DNA from: Mobula hypostoma
Lineage: Eukaryota
NCBI RefSeq assembly: GCF_963921235.1
Contig: NC_086108.1
Location: 11,780,001 to 11,844,000, forward strand
Direction of reading: 5' to 3'
DNA length: 64,000 bases
Positions 34,998 through 47,793 of the stretch are shown piece after piece. The position numbers and the translations under genes were made by a program. The stretch's first letter is position 1. Each line of letters starts with the position of its first letter. Below the pieces are notes generated by a model, which made no database searches, had not been told where the DNA came from, and was given only the letters and a program-made list of their open reading frames with translations.

Positions 34998-36263
34998 TGT
35001 TGGACAACAGAAACTTTACATCATGAATACCTCTTGGTGTATCTTATGAATTTTGCGCTGCTGATCATGAAAGTCAGCATGAAATTCCCTTATCGCGCAC
35101 CGCTCTGGAGGACGATGGCGTCCGATGGGTTGCATCTTCAGAAACAGCTCTATTTCTATTTGTAATATCTCTATTTTTCCCTTTCAGGGTTCTTTTCAAG
35201 ACCCTGACCTGGAGTTACACGCTGACTTTGGTTCTTTGTGGAAATAGAACTCGCTCTCGGGGTCTCATGACTGATCGCTATTCGATATGCCAAGAACGCG
35301 GTGTAGAAGACGAGTGCGCCTTCAGAGTTGCGGAAGTTTGTGGCTCTGGAGGTGGGCGAACCAGAGGTCGGTGCCGCCACAGAAAAATGGTTTGTCGTGG
35401 GAGAGGGAAGATCGAAAGTGTGTGCCCAGAGACCACAGCTTTTTGGGCACAGAGCTCGGAAGCAGTGACGCAACAGACTTTTAACACCATAAGTCAGTGA
35501 GTTATTTTGTTATGTCTCACCTCTCACTGTGAAACAGGGACACCTCTTTTTCTCTTTTTAGGGAGAGAGAGAGAGAGCCTGTGGAATGTCGAATATCTGT
35601 TAAACAAGTAGACTTCAGGGTACTGCAAGTCTGTGTCTTTATCAACGCTTTGCTGCATGCTTGAGTGCTCGATAGGGGGTGCTGATGCTTTTTAGCTGGT
35701 GGGGGTGGGGGTCATTGCTTTGCTGCTGCTTATGCGTGAGAGGGGGAGCTGGGGGGGATTTGGGGTTCTAACATTTAACTGTCGTTCATTCTTTGGGACA
35801 CTCCTCTGTTTCCGTGGATGTTTGCAAAGAAAAAGAATTCAGGGTGTATATTGTATACATTTCTCTGACTTTAAATGGACCTATTGTTATTTCAATTCGT
35901 AATCAGAATAACTGATGCCAAGATTTTTGTTGGTCCACAAATCATCATTGACAGGCAATTGTTCTAGTGGGACCGGAGAAAATCACATGGGAGGCTTTTA
36001 AGGATGTCGGAAATTTTCTTGAGAAGAGCAGAGCATCAAACTACATGCAGCTAATTGACAGCGTGCTTCAAGCTTATGCAATTCAATTCAAAGTTATGCA
36101 ATTAAATGCATTCTATTCAATAAAAATTGATTTCTTGTGCCTCCAAATTCCTACCTGATACAAGTAATCTGAAATTATATTTTTGTTCCGCTTGGAATGG
36201 TCTATCAGAAGCAAAGAGTAAATTCTGAGGAAGCTACACTTTTGAAAATAATTATTGCCAGTG
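34998..36263 (+). mobile_element. Chapaev3-like deletion derivative interrupted by a retroposon
   Basis: Left end 34998-35102 and right part 35886-36263 are colinear with 20288-21089; reads GPEKITWEAFKDV.NFL...RASNYMQL; ends GCCAGTG. Confidence 0.7.
35105..35885 (+). mobile_element. Unclassified non-coding retroposon (about 780 bp), copy 1
   Basis: Similar to the reverse complement of 57845-58580 over its length; tail TATACATTTCTCTGAC.TTAAATG. Confidence 0.7.
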
Positions 36264-36589
36264 ATATCAGTCACTGTGTTTCTATCAGACACAGCTCAGT
36301 GGTAACAGCAGAGTATCAACCATGTCCTCACATTTCCTTCACTCCAATCTCAGCCAAAAATTTTCTTTCCTTTTCTCATTCTTTCCCCTTGGTTGCTCCA
36401 CATTTATCACACACCAACTTGCATCAATAATCATACAGTCACCATACACCCACTTACTGCTCCTGATGCCCCTGTCACTAAAGGCGAGACTCAGCTGGCC
36501 AACTTGACTCCAGCGTCAACCTAGCATTGGCTGTTACTCCCTTCAACTCAATGGGAATTGGTTGCCTGAGGATTGGAGTGTCAGAGAGC

Positions 36590-37088
36590 CATTACCATGG
36601 CTAAACATTTTAATTCCGATTTCCATTCCAGTTCCAACATGTCGGACCATTACCACCCCTTGCGTCAAGATGAGGTTACTCTCAAGGTAGAGGAGCAACA
36701 ACTTCTACTCACTCTGGGTAGCCTCCAACCTGATGGCAAGGATATCAATTTCTCTTTCTGGTAAACTAATTAACCGTCCCATTCTGACCTTTTACCTCTC
36801 CTCACCTGCCTATTACTTTCCCGGGTCCCTCCTTCTTTCCTATCTCCTACTGTTCATTGCCCTCTCCAATCAGATTCCTTCTTCTCCAGCCCTTGATCTT
36901 TCCCATTCACCTGGTTTTACCTATCACCTTCCAGCTATCCTCCTTCCCCTCCCCTCTACCTTTTTATTCTGGCAACTTCCACCTTCCTTTTCAGTCCTGA
37001 AGAAGAGCCTCGACCGGAAATGTTGACTGTTAATTCATTTCCATAGATGGTGCCAGACCTGCTGAGTTCCTTCAGCATTCTGTGTGTG
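36590..37088 (+). mobile_element. Penelope 3' fragment (end of GIY-YIG plus pseudo-LTR)
   Basis: AKHFNS..HS.S.MS...LK.EEQ.L...LGSLQPDG..I.FS; decayed hammerhead CAGTC-CTGAAGA...GAAATGTTGACTG near 36992-37029. Confidence 0.85.
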
Positions 37089-37319
37089 CTATTCTTTTGA
37101 CAGATTTTGTGAAGAAGACTCAAAGGAGCAGATGCGCACAGTGACTGGTAGGGATGTAAACAGCTTTATCCTCAATACCCTGCTCTTGGTCAGAAGCTTC
37201 TCTCGATCTCCACAATATAAGTTCTCATCCAGCTGTTCTTTGAATATGATGGGGCTCTCTGTGTCCATCAATGCTTTCTGTGTCCATGACTGCTTCTGCA
37301 AGGATTTGCTGACATTGGA

Positions 37320-38170
37320 GATCATTCCAAGGATGTTCACAAGAATGATTCTGGGAATGAAAGCATTACCCCGTAGGATCTACTACTAGAATTTAGAAGA
37401 ATGAAGGGAGGGGAGGGATCTCATTGAACCCGAGTGAATATTGACAGGCCTCGATAGAGGTTTCCTTCAGTGTTTTCTTTTTTGCAGCCGATTGGCGGGT
37501 GGGTGATCTGTTAATTTTTGCTCTTAAGAGGGGTGTTGGGGTTTGGTGCTACTGTCGCTGTTCTTTTCAGCGAGTGAGAGGGTCAGGGGTTGTTATATGT
37601 AGGGGGCCAGTGATTGTTATGGTGGCTGCTTTTTGCTGTTGGGGGGAGATTTTCTAGTTTGCGAGTTTTGTTTCTTTTCGTTTTCATGCCGGGAGGAGTG
37701 GGGTGTGGGGAGATGATGTATTTTCTGTCATCAACAAGCATAGTCATTCTGTGCTTAATGGCTATCTGGAGAAGACAAATAGCAGAATTGTATTGTGTAT
37801 GCATACTTTGACAATTAAATGAAACTTCAAAACTTTTTTTAGAGTGGATGCGGAGAGGATATTTCCTTTGGTGGGGGTGTCTAAGTCCAGAGGGCACAGC
37901 CTCAGAAGAGAGGGATGTCCATTTAGAAAGGAGATGAGGAGAAATTTCTTTAGCGAGATGGTTGTGAATCTGTAGAATTGATTGCTACAGGTGGCTGTGG
38001 AGGCCAAGTCGTTGGGTACAAAGGTTAATAAGCTTTTGATTTGTTGGGGCATGAAGGGATACGGAGAGAAGGCAGGAGATTGAAACTGATAGGGAAATGG
38101 ATCAGCCAAATGACAGAGTAGACTTGTTGGGTCAAATGACCAAATTCTGCTCCTATATCTTATGGTCTTC
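37320..38170 (+). mobile_element. CR1 3' fragments with an unclassified retroposon piece (about 37465-37830) between them
   Basis: RMFTRMILGMK; VDAERIFPLVGVSKSRGHSLR; CTTATGGTCTT tail. Confidence 0.7.
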
Positions 38171-38659
38171 TGGACATCCTGTGCATGATAACCACTGGGT
38201 GGAAACACCGTTCTTCTATTCCTCCTCATCCTTTTCCCAATCAATTTAAATATCCCCATTTCTTTGCTTCTACAGAAAAAAAAAGTCTTTATGTTTGTAA
38301 TTCATCTTTTGGGATGTGGGTGTTGTTGGCAATGGCTCGTTGAGCAACCTACTCTCACCAGTTAAGTCCTTCTGGTGAAGGTGCCTCCTACAGTGGTATT
38401 GTGGAAGTAGCTCCAGGAACTAACAACTGTGAGAATGAAAGAGTGGGGAGATAAAATATTTGAATTCATTAAGATGCCCTTCCTTGCTACATTGAAATCA
38501 TCAGGGACTGGAGTGGTAGTAACAGGGTGGAGAACTGTACATCAGATCTATCCTTGTAGATTGAATGAGATCTGGAACAGGAATGCATGGGTTGGAATAG
38601 ATTTCCTTGGATCTCAGAAGTTAAGGGAGAATTGACATGATTATAATGGCGTAATTTTG

Positions 38660-38880
38660 GGGGCATGGTAATATAGCAGTTTGTGTATCGCTATTACAGT
38701 CCCAGCGACCTGTGTTTAATTTATAAGTACATTCTTTCCGTGACCATGTGGGTTTCCTCCAAGTGCTCCAGTTTCCTTCCACAAGTCCAAAAACATATAG
38801 GTTAGTAAGTTAATTGGTCACATGGGTATAACTGACTGACACAGGCTCATTGGCTGGAAGGGCCTGATACGGTACTGTTA
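38660..38880 (+). mobile_element. V-SINE
   Basis: GTGGGTTTCCTCCAAGTGCTCCAGTTTCCTTCCACA. Confidence 0.75.
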
Positions 38881-39029
38881 AATGAACAGAGTTGGCAATC
38901 AATAATTTTTCCTGCATAGTAGACAAATCTGTAACAAGACAGCATAGGAGTCTGATGAAGAATTTTTTTCACCCAGAGAGACTTATATCTGAAACAAAAT
39001 TCCTGAGGTACTGAAGGAGGCAGAGATAT

Positions 39030-42000
39030 AACATTATAACCATATAACAATTACAGCACGGAAACAGGCCATCTCGGCCCTTCTAGTCCATGCCGAACTC
39101 TTACTCTCCCCTAGTCCCACCGACCTGCACTCAGCCTATAACCCTCCATTGCTTTCCTGTCCATATAGCTATTCAATTTAACTTTAAATGACAACATCGA
39201 ACCTGCCTCAACCACTTCTGCTGGAAGCTCATTCTACACAGCTACCACTCTCTGAGCAAAGAAGTTTCCCCTCATGTTACCCCCAAACTTTTGCCCTTTA
39301 ACTCTCAACTCATGTCCTCTTGTTTGAATCTCCCCTACTATCTATGGAAAAAGCCTATATGCGTCAACTATGTCTATCCCCCTCATAATTTTAAATACCT
39401 CTATCAAGTCCCCCCTCAACCTTCTACACTCCAAAGAATAAAGAACCACCTTGTTCAACCTTTCTCTGTAACTTAGGTGATGAAACCCAGGTAACATTCT
39501 AGTAAATCTTCCCTGTACTCTCTCTATCTTGTTGACATCTTTCCTACAATTTGGTGACCAAAACTGTACAATACTCCAAATTTGGCCTTAGCAATGCTTC
39601 GTACAATTTCAACATTACATCCCAACTCCTATACTCAATGCTCTGATTTATAAAGGCCAGCATACCAAAAGCTTTCTTCACCACCCTATCCACATGAGAT
39701 TCCACCTTCAGGGAACTATAGACCATTATTCCTAGATCTCTCTGTTCTACTGCATTCTTCAGTGCCCTACCATTAACCATGTATGTCCTATTTTGATTAG
39801 TCCTACCAAAATGTAGCACCTCACAGTTATCAGCAGTAAACTCCATCTGCCAACTTTCAGCCCACTCTTCTAACTGGCATAAATCTCTCTGCAAGCTTTG
39901 AAAACCTACTTCATTATCCACAACTCCACCTATCTTAGTATCATCTGCATACTTACTATTCCAATTTACCACCTCATCATCCAGATCATTAATATATATG
40001 ACAAACAACATGGGACCCAGTACAGATTACACAATTCAATATCCTTCTCCTTAGTGAATACCAAAGAAAAAGAATTGATCAAAATCTCCCCCATCTCTTT
40101 TGGCTCTGCACATAGCCATCCACTTTGATTCTCTAAGGGACTAACTTCATCCCTCACTATCCTTTTGCTATTAATATAACTGTAGAAATCCTTTGGATTT
40201 ATTTTCACCTTACTTGCCAAAGCAACCTCATATCTTCTTTAAGCTTTTCTAATTTCTTTTTTAAGATTCTTTTTACATTCTTTATATTCCTCGAGCACCT
40301 CATTTACTCCAAGCTGCATATATTTATTGTAGATATCTTGTTTTTTCTGAACCAAGTTTCCAATATCCTTTGAAAACCATAGCTCTCTCAAACTTTTAAA
40401 CTTTCCTTTCAACCTAACAGGAACATAAAGTTTCTGTACCCTCAAAATTTCACATTTAAATGACCTCCATTTCTCTATTACATCCTTCCCATAAAACAAA
40501 TTGACCCAATCCACTACTTCTAAATCCTTTCTCATCTCCTCAAAGTTAGCCTTTCTCTAATCAAAAATCTCAACCCTGGGTCCAGTCCTACCCTTCTCCA
40601 TAATTATATTGAAACTAATGGCATTGTGAGCACTGGACCCGAAGTGCTCCCCAACACATACCTCTGTCACCTGAACTATCTCATTTCCTAATAGGAGATC
40701 CAACACTGCCCCTTCTCTAGTTGGTACCTCTATGTATTGCTGCAAAAAATTATCTTGCACATGTTTTACAAACTCCAAACCATCCATTCCTTTTACAGAA
40801 TGGTCTTCCCAGTCTATGTGTGGAAAATTAAAATCTCCCACAATCACAACCTTGTGCTTACTACAAATATCTGCTATCTCCTTACAAATTTGCTCCTCCA
40901 ATTCTCGCTCCCCATTAGGTGATCTATAATACACCCCTATAAGCGTTACTACACCTTTCCCATTCCTCAATTCCACCCAAATAGCTTCCCTAGAAAAGTC
41001 CTCTAATCTATCCTGCCAAAGCACCGCTGTAATATTTTCTCTGACAAGCAATGCAACCCCTCCTCCTCTTGCACTTCTGATTCTATCACACCTGAAGCAA
41101 CAAAATCCTGGAATATTTAGTTGCCAGTCACACCCCTTGTGCAACCATGTTTCACTAACAGCTATAACATCATACTTCCAGGTATCAATCCATGCTCTAA
41201 GCTCATCTACCTTTCTTACAATGCTCCTAGCATTAAAATAGATGCATTTAAGAAACTCTCCACCTCTTACTCTCTGTTTATCCCTGATGTTGCAAACAAC
41301 TTTGCTATCTTTTTCTTCCTTCTCCCCTACATCTTCGGTCTGAGTGCTCCCGTTCTCTGTCCCCTGCCTATCCTCCCTTACACACTGTCTACTAGCTTTC
41401 TCTATTTGTGAATTAACCTCCTCTCTCCTAGTCTCTTCAATTTGATTCCCACCCCCCCAACCATTCTAGTTTAAAGTCTCCCCAGTAACCTTCGCAAATC
41501 TCCCCGCCAGGATATTGGTCCCCCTAGAATTCAAGTGTAACCTGTCCTTTTTGTACAGGTCACACCTTCGCCAAAAGAGGTCACAATGATCGAGAAACTT
41601 GAATCCCTGCCCCCTGCTCCAATCCCTCAGCCACACATTTATCCTCCACCTCATTGCATTCCTACTCTCACTGTCGCATGGCACAGGCAGTAATCCCGAG
41701 ATTACTACCTTTGCGGTTCTTCTTCTCAACTTCCTTCTTAACTCCCTATATTCTCCTTTCAGGATCTCTTCCCTTTTCCTACCTATGTCATTGGTACCTA
41801 TATGTACCACGACGTCTGGCTCCTCACCCTCCCACTTCAGGATATCTTGGACGTGATCAGAAACATCCTGGACCCTGGCAGCAGGGAGGCAAACTACCAT
41901 CCAGGTCTCCTGACTGTGTCCACAGAATCGCCTATCTGACCCCCTAAATATCGAGTCCCCTATTACTACTGCCCTCCTCTTCCTTTCCCTACCCTTCTGA

Positions 42001-42330
42001 GCTACAGGACTGGACTCTGTGCCGGAGGCACGGCCACTGTTGTTTCCCCCAGGTAAGTTGTCCCCCCCCCAACAGTATTCAAACGGGGGTACCTATTGTC
42101 AAGGGGCACAGCCACTGGGGTACTCTCTAGTACCTGACTCTTCCCCTTCCCCCTCCTAACCATGACCCACTTGTCTGCCTCCTGTGGCCCCGGTGTGACC
42201 ACCTGCCTGTTACTCTTCTCTATCGACTCCTCACTCTCCCTGACCGGACGAAGGTCATCGAGCTGCAGCTCCAGTTCCCTAACACAATCCCTTAGGAGCT
42301 GCATCTTGGCGCACCTGGCACAGATGTGGA
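39030..42330 (-). mobile_element. CR1 with most of ORF1 and ORF2, carrying a ~650-bp deletion in RT
   Basis: SGNH esterase ORF1 (VVVHIGTND, DRLHLN), APE (IVGDFNFP, SSAHNAI) and RT (KYADDTK). Junction CCCAGTACAGAT|TACACAATTC near 40027 joins sequence equivalent to 48796 and 49450. Confidence 0.93.
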
Positions 42331-42381
42331 TTACTCTCATAAATTTATGTAGCAATTAGATGCTTGATTGAAGTGTCACAC

Positions 42382-44462
42382 TCATAGAACATAGAACATA
42401 GAACAGTACTGCTCAGGAACAGGCCATTCGGCCCACACGTGTCAAACCAGCTAAAGGAGAAATCAAAAACAACCAAACACCAATCCCTCCTACCTACACC
42501 ATGTCTATATCCCTCTACTTCCTTACATCCATGTGCTAATCCAAACATCTCTAATGTATTTGCTTCTACCGCCATGCCAGGCAGTATATTTCAGGCATCC
42601 ACCACTCTCTGAGTGAAAAACATACCCCTCACATTCTCTTTGAACCTACCCCCTCTCCCCTTCAATACATGCCCTCTGGAATTAAGCATTTAAACTCTGG
42701 GAAACAAATTCCCTCTGTCCACTTTGTCTATGCCTCTCACAGACTATCAGATCACCCCTGAGTCTCCAACGCTCCAAAGAAAACAACCCAAGTTTATTAA
42801 GCCTATCATGATAGCACATGCCCTCAAAACCTTCTGTTCACCCTCTGCAAAGCTACGAGTCTGTGGTGGCCAGTGCTATCATGTTTGCTGTTGTGTGCTG
42901 GGGCAGCAGGCTGAGGGTAGCAGACACCAACAGAATCAACAAACTCATTCATAAGGCCAGTGATGTTGTGGGGATGGAACTGGACTCTCTCACGGTGGTG
43001 TCTGAAAAGAGGATGCTGTCCAAGTTTCATGCCATCTTGGTCAATGTCTCCCATCCACTACATAATGTACTGGGTGGGCACAGGAGTACATTCAGCCAGA
43101 GCCTCATTCCACCGAGGTGCAGCACAGAGCGTCATAGGAAGTCATTCCTGCCTGTGGCCATCAAACTTTACAACTCCTCCCTTGGAGGGTCAGACACCCT
43201 GAGCCAATAGCCTGGTCCTAAACTTATTTCATAAATTACTGGTATAATTTACATATTACTATTTAACTATTTATGGTTCTATTACTATTTATTATTTATG
43301 GTGCAACTGTAACGAAAACCAATTTCCCCCGGGATCAATAAAGTATGACTATGACTATGACTATGAATATCCTTCCTATAGTGGGAGGATCAGAACTGTA
43401 TGCAATACTCCAGATGTGACCAAACCAGAGTTTTATAAAATTGCAACATAACCTCTTGACTTTTGAACTCAAAGTCTCAACCAATAAAAACAAGCATTCT
43501 GTAAGCCTTCTGAACTACCCTGTTGACTTGTGTAGCCACTTTCAAGGGACTCTGAACTTGGATCACAAGATGTCTGTGTTCAGCAACACTGTTCAGGGTC
43601 TTGCTCTTAATAGTGCCTGTCTCCTTGCATTTGCTCTACCAAGGTGCAACACCGCACATTTTTCTGGGCTAAACTCCAACTGCCATTTCTCTACCCATAT
43701 CCTCAACTGGTCTGTATGGTACTGTATTCTTTGCCAATCTCTACACTATCCACAACTCCACCAATCTTGGTATCATTCCAAACTTACTCATCCACCCATC
43801 TACGTTTTCTTCCAGATCATTTTTTTTATTTTATATAATTCTTTATTCTCTATAATTGTTGATTTCTTTTTCTTTTCAAAGCTTTTTATTATTATTATTC
43901 AAAATTAACATGGGTACATCGAAGTAGGCAATACTTACAATGTCTCAAGAAAAAAAACATTATTTTAAAGATTGAAAAATTTCGGTGATAAAAAACCCCT
44001 CCTAAGCAAGAAAAAGTGGAAAAAAAACCCATTAGGTGTTCAACCCCAGAGCCATACGTCATACAAAAAGCTTCTGAAGATAAACATCAAACTGCCAGCA
44101 AGAAACAGATCATTTATATACATCGCAAACAGCATAGGTCCTAGCACAGATCCCTGCAGAACTCCACTTACTACAGACCTCCAGCTCAAATAAATCCTTT
44201 CAACTACTACCCTCTGTCGTCTATGTGAAACCAGTTCTTAATGCAAATGGCCCATTCTTCAAGGACTCCATGCATCTTAATCCTTTGGTTTAGACTGTCA
44301 TTAGGGACATTGTCAAACACCTTACTGAAATCCATATAGACAACATCCATGTACCTTCATCAATCTCTCTCATCACCTTGTCAAAAAAACTCAACCAAAT
44401 TGGTAAGACACGACCTGCCATGCACAAAGCCATACTGGCTCTCCCTAGTTAGGCCATGGGTT
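42382..44462 (-). mobile_element. Old CR1 copy, fragmented, hosting two insertions
   Basis: (CATAGAA)n tail at 42382; CR1-like pieces at 42382-42828, 43366-43815 and 44108-44462; an unrelated A/T-rich piece at about 43820-44105. Confidence 0.75.
42830..43365 (+). mobile_element. Rex1/Babar-type 3' fragment with (ATGACT)n tail
   Basis: YESVVASAIMFAVVCWG...RINKLI.KA..VVG...SHPLH...TERHRKSFLP.AIKLYN; ATCAATAAAGTATGACTATGACT. Confidence 0.85.
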
Positions 44463-44594
44463 TTATGTATGTCATGGGATTCAAATGCTGGAAGAATGGG
44501 ATTAAGGTAGATGGGTCCTAGATGGCGGGCCACAAGGATTGTTGCAGACTGTATGTCCTCAGAACTCTTTTACCCTCATCTTTGTGTGGTTCAT

Positions 44595-44912
44595 TATCCA
44601 TTCAGAAATCTGATGGTGGAGGGGAAGAAGCTACTACTAAAATATCAACCGTGTGTCTTCAGGTTCCTGTCCCAACTCCTTCGTAATAGGAATGAGAAGA
44701 GGCATGTCCCAGGTGATGGGCTCCTTCAGGATGAACACTGCCTTCTTGAGGCATCATCTTCTGAAGGTGTCCTAGATGCTGGGGAGGTTAGTGCCCATGA
44801 TGGAGCTGACTGCGTTTACAACCTTCTGCAGCTTTTCCTGATCTTGTGCAATGGCTTCTGCATACCAGACGGAGATGCAACCAGCTAGAATGTTCTCCAC
44901 AGTGCATCTGTA
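44595..44912 (-). mobile_element. Rex1/Babar 3' fragment
   Basis: Similar to 22115-22417 (CTGATGGTGGAGGGGAAGAAGCT...GATGCAACCAG). Confidence 0.7.
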
Positions 44913-45186
44913 GTCCTGGTTTCAGATCAGGGATGCCCCACTTAGGACAGAGATCAGAGAGTCAGGAACCTTTGGTTTTCTCCAGCTCACTGAGTTGTGT
45001 AAGGGCAGACATGTAAGGCAAGACTGGCAAACATTTAAACTCTAAGGGAGTTGTGGTGTTAGGGGACAGAAGTCAAAAGTGGTGGTGGGGCCAGGATTAG
45101 AACAGCCATGATTTTACTGACTGATGGTGTAGGTAAAAGGAGAAAGCTAGCCTGGTCTCCTCTTGTCATTTATATTCTAATCTATA

Positions 45187-45692
45187 CACCCAGTGGCCAC
45201 TTTATTAGGTACACCTATTCGTTAAGGCAAACCTTTAATCAGCCAATCACACAGGCAGCAACTCAACGCATAAAAGCATGCAGACAGGGTCAAGAGATTC
45301 AGCTGTTGTTCAGACCAAACATCAGAATGGGAAGAAATGTGATCTAACTGACTTTGACCGTGGATTGATTGTTGATGCCAGACGGGGGTAGTTTAAGTAT
45401 CTCAGAAAATGCTAATCTTGTGGTATTTTCATGCAAAATATTCTCTAGAGTTTACAGAGAATGCTACAAAAAAAAAACCCCAAAAGAAACCATCCAGTGA
45501 CTGGTAGTTCTTTGGGTGAAAGTGCCTTGTTAATGAGAGAAGTCAGAGGACAATGGCCATATTGGTTCAAGCTGACAGGAGGGCGTCAGTAACTAAAATA
45601 GCACACATTACCACAGTGGTGTGCAGAAGAGCATCTCTGAACACACAACACATCGAACTTTGAAATGGATGGGCTACAGCTGCAGAAGACCA
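45187..45692 (+). mobile_element. Tc1/mariner transposon: left end and HTH part of the transposase, decayed
   Basis: TA|CAC.CAGTGGCCACTTTATTAGGTACACC terminus; frameshifted KCDLTDFDRGLIVDARRG...LSISE.A.L..FS...SRVYRE...QKSISEHTTHRTLKWMGYSCRRP. Confidence 0.85.
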
Positions 45693-46164
45693 TACTGTGT
45701 ATGTGGCTGTTTCGAAGCAAATCAGTTGCTTCTTTTTCACAACCTTACAATTCTCCTCACTTCTACTAACACCAGCTTCCAAAGCAGAATTTACATTTTG
45801 AAATCATCACAGTGGGATTTGAACTAATTTTCTAGATCACAGCCTGTTTCACATGTGAAATTAATTAGCACACTTTTTTCACATCTCAGATCTATTGTTT
45901 ATTTTTAGATGAACTCTTTACACCTCCATTCAACATTGTCACCCACTGCAAAGCTGCTCTCAGAGGTGCTGCAGGCTGCCCTTGACTGCGGGAGATTTAA
46001 TCAGGATAGCTACAAGTATGCAACGCTGAGAGGAAGCCACCTTTCTCATTTTCTTCTGTTTATTGTTTGGCCTGTGGACATGACCAACATCTAGTAGCTA
46101 TCTCTGATTCCCCACAGAGGTGGCAGATCAAAAAACCCCAAAAAACTAATCCTTCCTCACTACA

Positions 46165-46560
46165 CAATGCCCATCCTTCCTATAGTGGGGCAACCAGAAC
46201 AGTATGCACTATTCTAGATGTGGCCGAACCACAGTTTTATGAAGTTGCAACATAACCTCTTGACTTCTGAACTCAATGCCTTGACTATAAAAGCAAACAT
46301 TCCATAAGCCTCCTTCGCCACCCTAGCGATCTGTGTAGCCACTTTCAAGGAGCTATGAACTTGGATCCCAAGATCTCTCTGCTCAGCAACACTGTTATGG
46401 ACTTTTGCCCTTGACAGTGTACTATCTCCTTGCATTTGCCCTACCAAGGAATAATACCTCACGTTTATCTGGGTTAACCTCTATCTCCCATTTCTCTGCC
46501 TGTATCTGCAACTGATCTATATCGCACTGTATTCTTTGCCAGTTTTCTACACTATCCACT
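46165..46560 (-). mobile_element. CR1 RT C-terminal fragment
   Basis: EQRDLGIQVHSSLKVATQIARVAKEAYGMFAFI. Confidence 0.8.
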
Positions 46561-46704
46561 AATTTTGGAGGGTGTCAGGGGTAGGTTTTTACACAAAGAT
46601 TGGGAGTGGTGGGTGTGTGGAATGCTCCACCGGGGTGGTGCTGTAGGCAGGTACATAGACAACTTTTATGTTAGCACATGAATGATAGAAAGAGCGAGCA
46701 ATTT

Positions 46705-47365
46705 TGTTTCTGGCATCAACATCTCTGTTATCTATCCTGGGCTCATCATATCGATGCAGCTACAAAGAAGGTCACGACAGTGGCTATATTTCATTGGGAA
46801 TTTGAGATTTGGTATGTAACCAAAGGCACTTGCAAATTTCTACAGATGTGCTGCGGCCAGCATTCTAACCGGCTGCATCACTGTCTAGTGCGGCGAGGTG
46901 GTGGGTGTGGGCTACTGCTCAGTATCGAAATAAGCTACGAGAGTTTAACCTTAATCAGTTCCAGCATGGGCTCTAGTCTCCATCAGTTTAGGATACTTTC
47001 AAGGAGCGATGCCTCAAAATGTAGCATCCATCATTAAGAACCCCCATCATCGAGGACGTGTCCTCTTCTCAATGTTGCCATCAGGTACAGAAGGCTGAAG
47101 GCACACACTCAATGAATCAGGAACAGTTTTTTCACCTCTGCCATCCAATTTCTGAATGGACATTGAAGAATATCTCACTACTTTTTTTATTTTTATTTCA
47201 TCACTACTTATTTCAATTAACAATTTTATATATATACTGTATATATAAAAATGTATTTCACAGATTTTTTCTCTGTTATTATGTTATTGTACTGCTGCTG
47301 CAAAGACAACAAATTTCTCGACATATGCCAGTGGTATTAAACCTGATTCTGATTCTGACTGTGAT
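46705..47365 (+). mobile_element. Rex1/Babar 3' fragment
   Basis: LSWAHHIDAATKK; tail GGTATTAAACCTGATTCTGATTCTG. Confidence 0.78.
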
Positions 47366-47793
47366 TATTTTAAGGTAATTGGAAGAAAGTATAGGGGGGA
47401 TGTTAAAGTTAGGTTTTTACAAGGAGTGAGAGTGTTGGGTGTCAGGGGTGGGGCTAGAGGCAGAAATAAACCTTCGATTGGCACATAGCTTGACACTAGG
47501 CACTATATCATAGGTTGCAGCATGCTCTAGAGGCTTCAGGCTCTGTGTCTGAGGGCTCCACGACATTTACTCGGCTCCGCACTGAAGTGTCGCTGAGGCT
47601 ATGGCCTGCTCTGGCTGCTCCAGCCTTCGTGCCTGTGGACTCACATTTGTTCTGAATGCATTTGCTTACTTCTATTGTTGCACAATTTGTTTCTTTTCTC
47701 TCTCTCTCTCTGCACTTTGAGTCCTGGACTGTCTTCTTATTTGAGGTTTCTTTTGGAGTTCTTAGTTTGGTGGCTGCCTCTAAGATTAGATTA

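Noticed and set aside
37104..37147. Possible small exon (TTTTGACAG...GTAGGG)
   Set aside because: No recognisable peptide and no partner exons; such splice-like sites occur by chance.
45909..46094. Possible exon after TTTATTTTTAG
   Set aside because: No recognisable protein in any frame; it cannot be supported without RNA data.
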